Source: Heterodontus francisci
Taxonomy: Eukaryota
Assembly (NCBI RefSeq): GCF_036365525.1
Contig: NW_027141682.1
Coordinates: 744,001-808,000 of the forward strand
Length of the DNA: 64,000 nt
Reading direction: 5' to 3'
The position numbers were made by a program, and so were the translations under genes. The notes beneath the pieces were generated by a model, which did not search any database, was not told where the DNA came from, and was given only the letters and a program-made list of their open reading frames with translations. Positions 60,242 through 64,000 of the stretch are shown piece after piece (position 1 is the stretch's first letter; each line of letters opens with the position of its first letter).

Positions 60242-61143
60242 TCATTTCACTAATTTAACAATGACACTGTGGGGGTACTTCACCGCCTTCTTCAGCTGCT
60301 GTCTGAATTTCGTCTGGGTCACAGCGTAAATACATGTGTTGGTGCAGGAACTGAGAAGCTGCAGCATCTTTGCTGCTTGTTGTGTGATAAAGAGAGGGTC
60401 AGTGTAGGATGAAAAATACCGAATATCTGCAATTCGCCTGTAAATGATAAACACAACACGGATCGCCCACAACAGTATCAAACTGCCGGATATACTGAAG
60501 AGTAAAATAATTGATTTTCTGCGATTCTCCATCTCCGGGTCCTTATGATTCTCTCCATTTCTGTGGACCCGGAATCCCCTGCGGACTTTACTGGAGAATA
60601 AAATCCGTCTGACAGTCAGAATATTGAGCAGCAAAATCAGAAAGACCGGGACACAAGGGGTTAACATCCGATGAAACAATTCAAATGCGATCCACGTCGG
60701 GGAAGTATAGAAGCTCACTTTATAAACACAACCCATGGGAACATTATCAATAATATAATCTTGTTCCCCTGTAAAGTACCAGGGAACAGACTCTAAACAG
60801 CCCAGCACACTCACTGTTCCTACAACCACAGCCGCAGTCTGCTCATTGCAATATTTTGTTTTCAGCTTCTCATAACAAATGGCCACAAATCGATCAAAGG
60901 TGAAAGTGACTGTGAGCCAGACAGAAGCATCTGTGGTTGCAGAAAGCAGAACGCCAATGAAAGAACACACAGGAGTAATTCTCAGGAATGAATCTGGAAA
61001 ATAAATTGAACCAATCCACATCAATATAGGATCAGTGATAATGACCAGGAGATCAGCCACTGCCATTCCCACCAGGTAGACAGTGATACATTTGGTGAGA
61101 CCGCACTTTCCTCGTGACAGGATCACAATCGCCACCAAGTTAA
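60242..61143 (-). CDS. GPR139-like class A GPCR gene B, main coding exon (intact); first exon not located
   Basis: Acceptor TTTTCTCTCTCTTCCAG|TT AAC TTG (phase 1, same position as gene A); open to the TGA at 60242; MAVADL, FTFDRF, SCTNTCIY, KFRQQLK; candidate AATAAA at 59998-59993. Confidence 0.9.
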
Positions 61144-61645
61144 CTGGAAGAGAGAGAAAAGGAAGCAGAGAAATTACTGATCAGACCTGGAGACAAAGCA
61201 GCAGTTTGACAGGATCGGAGCTGAAATTTACAGCTTTGTTGCTGCATCGACCAATGAAAACTGATTCATTGACCTGGGCAGTGCTTTGCACAGTGAAATG
61301 TTTGAAAACACAATTATTAATAATGAATTGGGAAATTAATACAGAAAGTGAATAGAGTCAGCACTGGATATACTGGAAGTAATGAGTGAGGATGCCGTGC
61401 TTGTGGGGAAATGAGAAGCGGTTTTACAGAGATGGAATCCAAAGAGTTAATTGGGTATTTAGTTCCAGACTGGGGAGAGCGGGATGTGAAGCTGGTTTGT
61501 TGCTCTTGGTTTTCTCAAATGAGAAAAGGCTGAAAACTGCAGTGCTGAGTTTGAGTGCTGGAAGCAACCATGATCGAGAATAGCAGAGCAGGCTGGAAGG
61601 GCTGAATGGCCTCCTCCTGCTGCTATGTTCCTGTATTTTTTTTGT

Positions 61646-61955
61646 ATTCATTCATGTAATGTGGCCATTCCAAAAAGAGCATTTAAGAGTCAACCACATT
61701 GCTGTGGGTCTGGAGTCACATGTCGGCCAGACCTGGTAAGGACAGCAGATTTCATTACCGAAAGGACATTAGTGAACGAGATGGGTTTTTACAACAATTG
61801 ACAATGATTTCATGGCCATCATTAGACTAGCTTTTATAGCTTTTAATTCCAGATTTGTTAATTGAATTCAAATTCCACCGTCTGTTGTGTTCGGATTCGA
61901 ACCCATGTCCCAACAGCAATGTCCTGGGTCTCTGGGTTACTAGTCTAGTGACTAG
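61646..61955 (-). mobile_element. Second-family SINE
   Basis: Matches 5800-6098 (GTCAACCACATTGCTGT..GGATTCGAACCC). Confidence 0.8.
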
Positions 61956-62184
61956 TCTAATATTCCTATCAGGTTGACCGAGACAGTTGGAGGTGGAGCC
62001 AATGAGTGAAATTGGGAGTCAGAGAAGGAAAAGTATATGTTGGAGCTGGAGGCAAGAGAGGAGCAGATGGTTTAGAAAAGTGGATAAACTGAAGCAATGG
62101 ATGAAGAGACTGAGGATTCAATACAGTGAGAGGAGAAGCTGAGATTCACAGGGAGAGACTGCAGCAGTGTTAGACGAAATCTAA

Positions 62185-62890
62185 TCTATCAGAAGCACAG
62201 AGGGTCAGAGAGACCTTGTTGTATTTGTCCATAGATCACTGAAGGCAGCAGCACAGGTAGAGGAGGTGATTAGGAAGGCATATGGGATACTTGCCTTTAA
62301 CAGACGAGGCACAGAATATAAGGGCAGGGAGGTTATGATGGAGCTGTTTGAAACGCTAGTGTGGCCACAGCTGGAGTACTGTGTGCAGTTCTGGTCACAG
62401 CACTATAGCAAGGATGTGATTACAGTGAAGAGTGTGCAGAGGAGATTCACAAGGAGGTTGCCTGGGCTGGAGCATTTCACAGATGAAGAGAGTCTGAATA
62501 ATCTAGGGTTGTTTTCCTGAGAGCAGAGAAGGCTGAGAAGGGACCTGACTGAGATAAACACAATTATGAGGTGCATTGATAGGATAACTAGCAATAAACT
62601 TGTTTCCCTTAGCAGAGGGATCAATAACCAGGGAGCATAGATTTAAGGTACAGGGTAGAAGGTTCAGAGGGGATTTGAGGAAATACGCTTCACCCAGAGG
62701 ATGGTTGGAATTTGCAATACACTACCTGTAGGGGTGGTAGAGGAAGGAACCCTCCCATCATTTAAGAAGTATTTAGATGAGCATTTGAAACGCCATAGGA
62801 TACAAGGTGAAGTGTTGCAAAATGGGATTTGTATCGATAGGTGCTTGATGGCTGGCACAGACATGAGGCTGTGTAACTCCATGACTCTAC
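62185..62890 (+). mobile_element. CR1 3' fragment
   Basis: KAYGILAF..LEYCVQFWS..RRFTRRLPGL; tail CTGTAACTCCATGACTCTA. Confidence 0.88.
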
Positions 62891-63379
62891 AGAACCCAGT
62901 AATACAACTCAATTAATACATTCAAACAATAATCCCTGTGGTTATCGGTGTTGGAGAACAGCTCATTGTTAAAACAATATAGTCAATATATTTAGCTTGT
63001 ACAGAAAATTTAATATAAATTTAAATATATTTCTGCTTTCAACCTCGCTCTTTAATGAATTCAGCAGTCACAGAGATTTTAAAGTGCGGTATTTAAGTAA
63101 TGAATTACCATCAGTGAAGAACTGATTCTATTCTGCTTATTCAGTCACTAAGTACAGAATATAATCTTCCTGCAAAATGAAATGACGACCTGAAAGAAAT
63201 CAACACGGACAGAAATCAAACCCAACAGAAAAATGAACGAAACCTAACAACGAACAGCTTGACTAAAATAGTGTAATGGCAATTTCACAGGAGTATAATC
63301 AAGAGGCTCAGCATCGTGTTCTAGGGTCAAGGGTTCATATTCCATCACAGCACCGAATGGAATTTAAAGTGTATGCCCT

Positions 63380-63635
63380 TTAGAACCGAGATGAGGAGAA
63401 GTTTCTTCACTCAGAATGTGGAGAGCCTTGGGAATTCTGTATTGCAGAAGGCAGTGGAGGCCATTTCATTAAATAGATTCAAGAAGGAGATAGATGTATG
63501 TCTCAATGCCAAAGGGATATGGGGAGAATGCGGGAACAGGTTACTCAATTAGACGATCAGCCATGATCTTTTTTGAATGGCGGAACAGGGCCAAATGGCC
63601 TACTCCTGCTCATATTTTCGATGTTTCTATGTTTC
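63380..63635 (+). mobile_element. CR1 3' end fragment (different subfamily)
   Basis: FRTEMRRSFFTQNV..WNS and tail GGCCTACTCCTGCTC..GTTTCTATGTTTC. Confidence 0.8.
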
Positions 63636-64000
63636 TTACTTCACAGTTTCTCTCACTAATTGCTCTGGACATTTCTGCATTTCATGACAGTGAATTATTT
63701 ACATTGCTGTTTCTTTGCTTTCTCGTTACTTCTGCTTATCCCATTCCCTCGGGTTCGTTCTCCCTGCTTCTTTTCTCTTTCCTTATCTCTCTGGAGCACT
63801 CACACCCTGCAAACTGTTATTTAATGCCGCTTTTCACATATGATTTATGCCTAAAATTCTGCACCTGTGTTGTTTTCACCCGCCCCAGGTTCAATGATAC
63901 TATTGTCAGGGCCAGTTCTTTCAATGGTGAAAACTCTGTGAATTATTTAATATATCTACAGAGCACCCAGGTTTCCACCAGTTCACCTACTCTCTTCACT

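Noticed and set aside
61144-64000. First coding exon of GPCR B
   Set aside because: No minus-strand segment resembling exon 1 of gene A with a donor was found; probably beyond the window end

Overview
Repeat-dominated eukaryotic DNA, almost certainly from a cartilaginous fish (shark/ray lineage). This is inferred from V-SINE (HE1-type) SINEs, their partner CR1 (HER1-type) LINEs and GPR139-like receptor genes. Two paralogous two-exon class A GPCR genes face each other tail-to-tail about 37 kb apart. The + copy (18965-19034 spliced to 22585-23480) has a premature TAA at the start of TM7. The - copy has an intact main exon (61143-60242); its first exon was not found in the window. The rest is nested retroelements: three near-full-length CR1s with an esterase ORF1, L2 and RTE fragments, Penelope elements carrying minimal hammerhead-ribozyme motifs, and two SINE families. 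There are also several tandem arrays (42, 45, 51 and 52 bp units), a 1.57 kb local duplication, two decayed tRNA genes (one a Ser body with a GTT anticodon) and a 135-N gap. Boundaries of old repeats are approximate and family names come from recalled motifs, not database searches.
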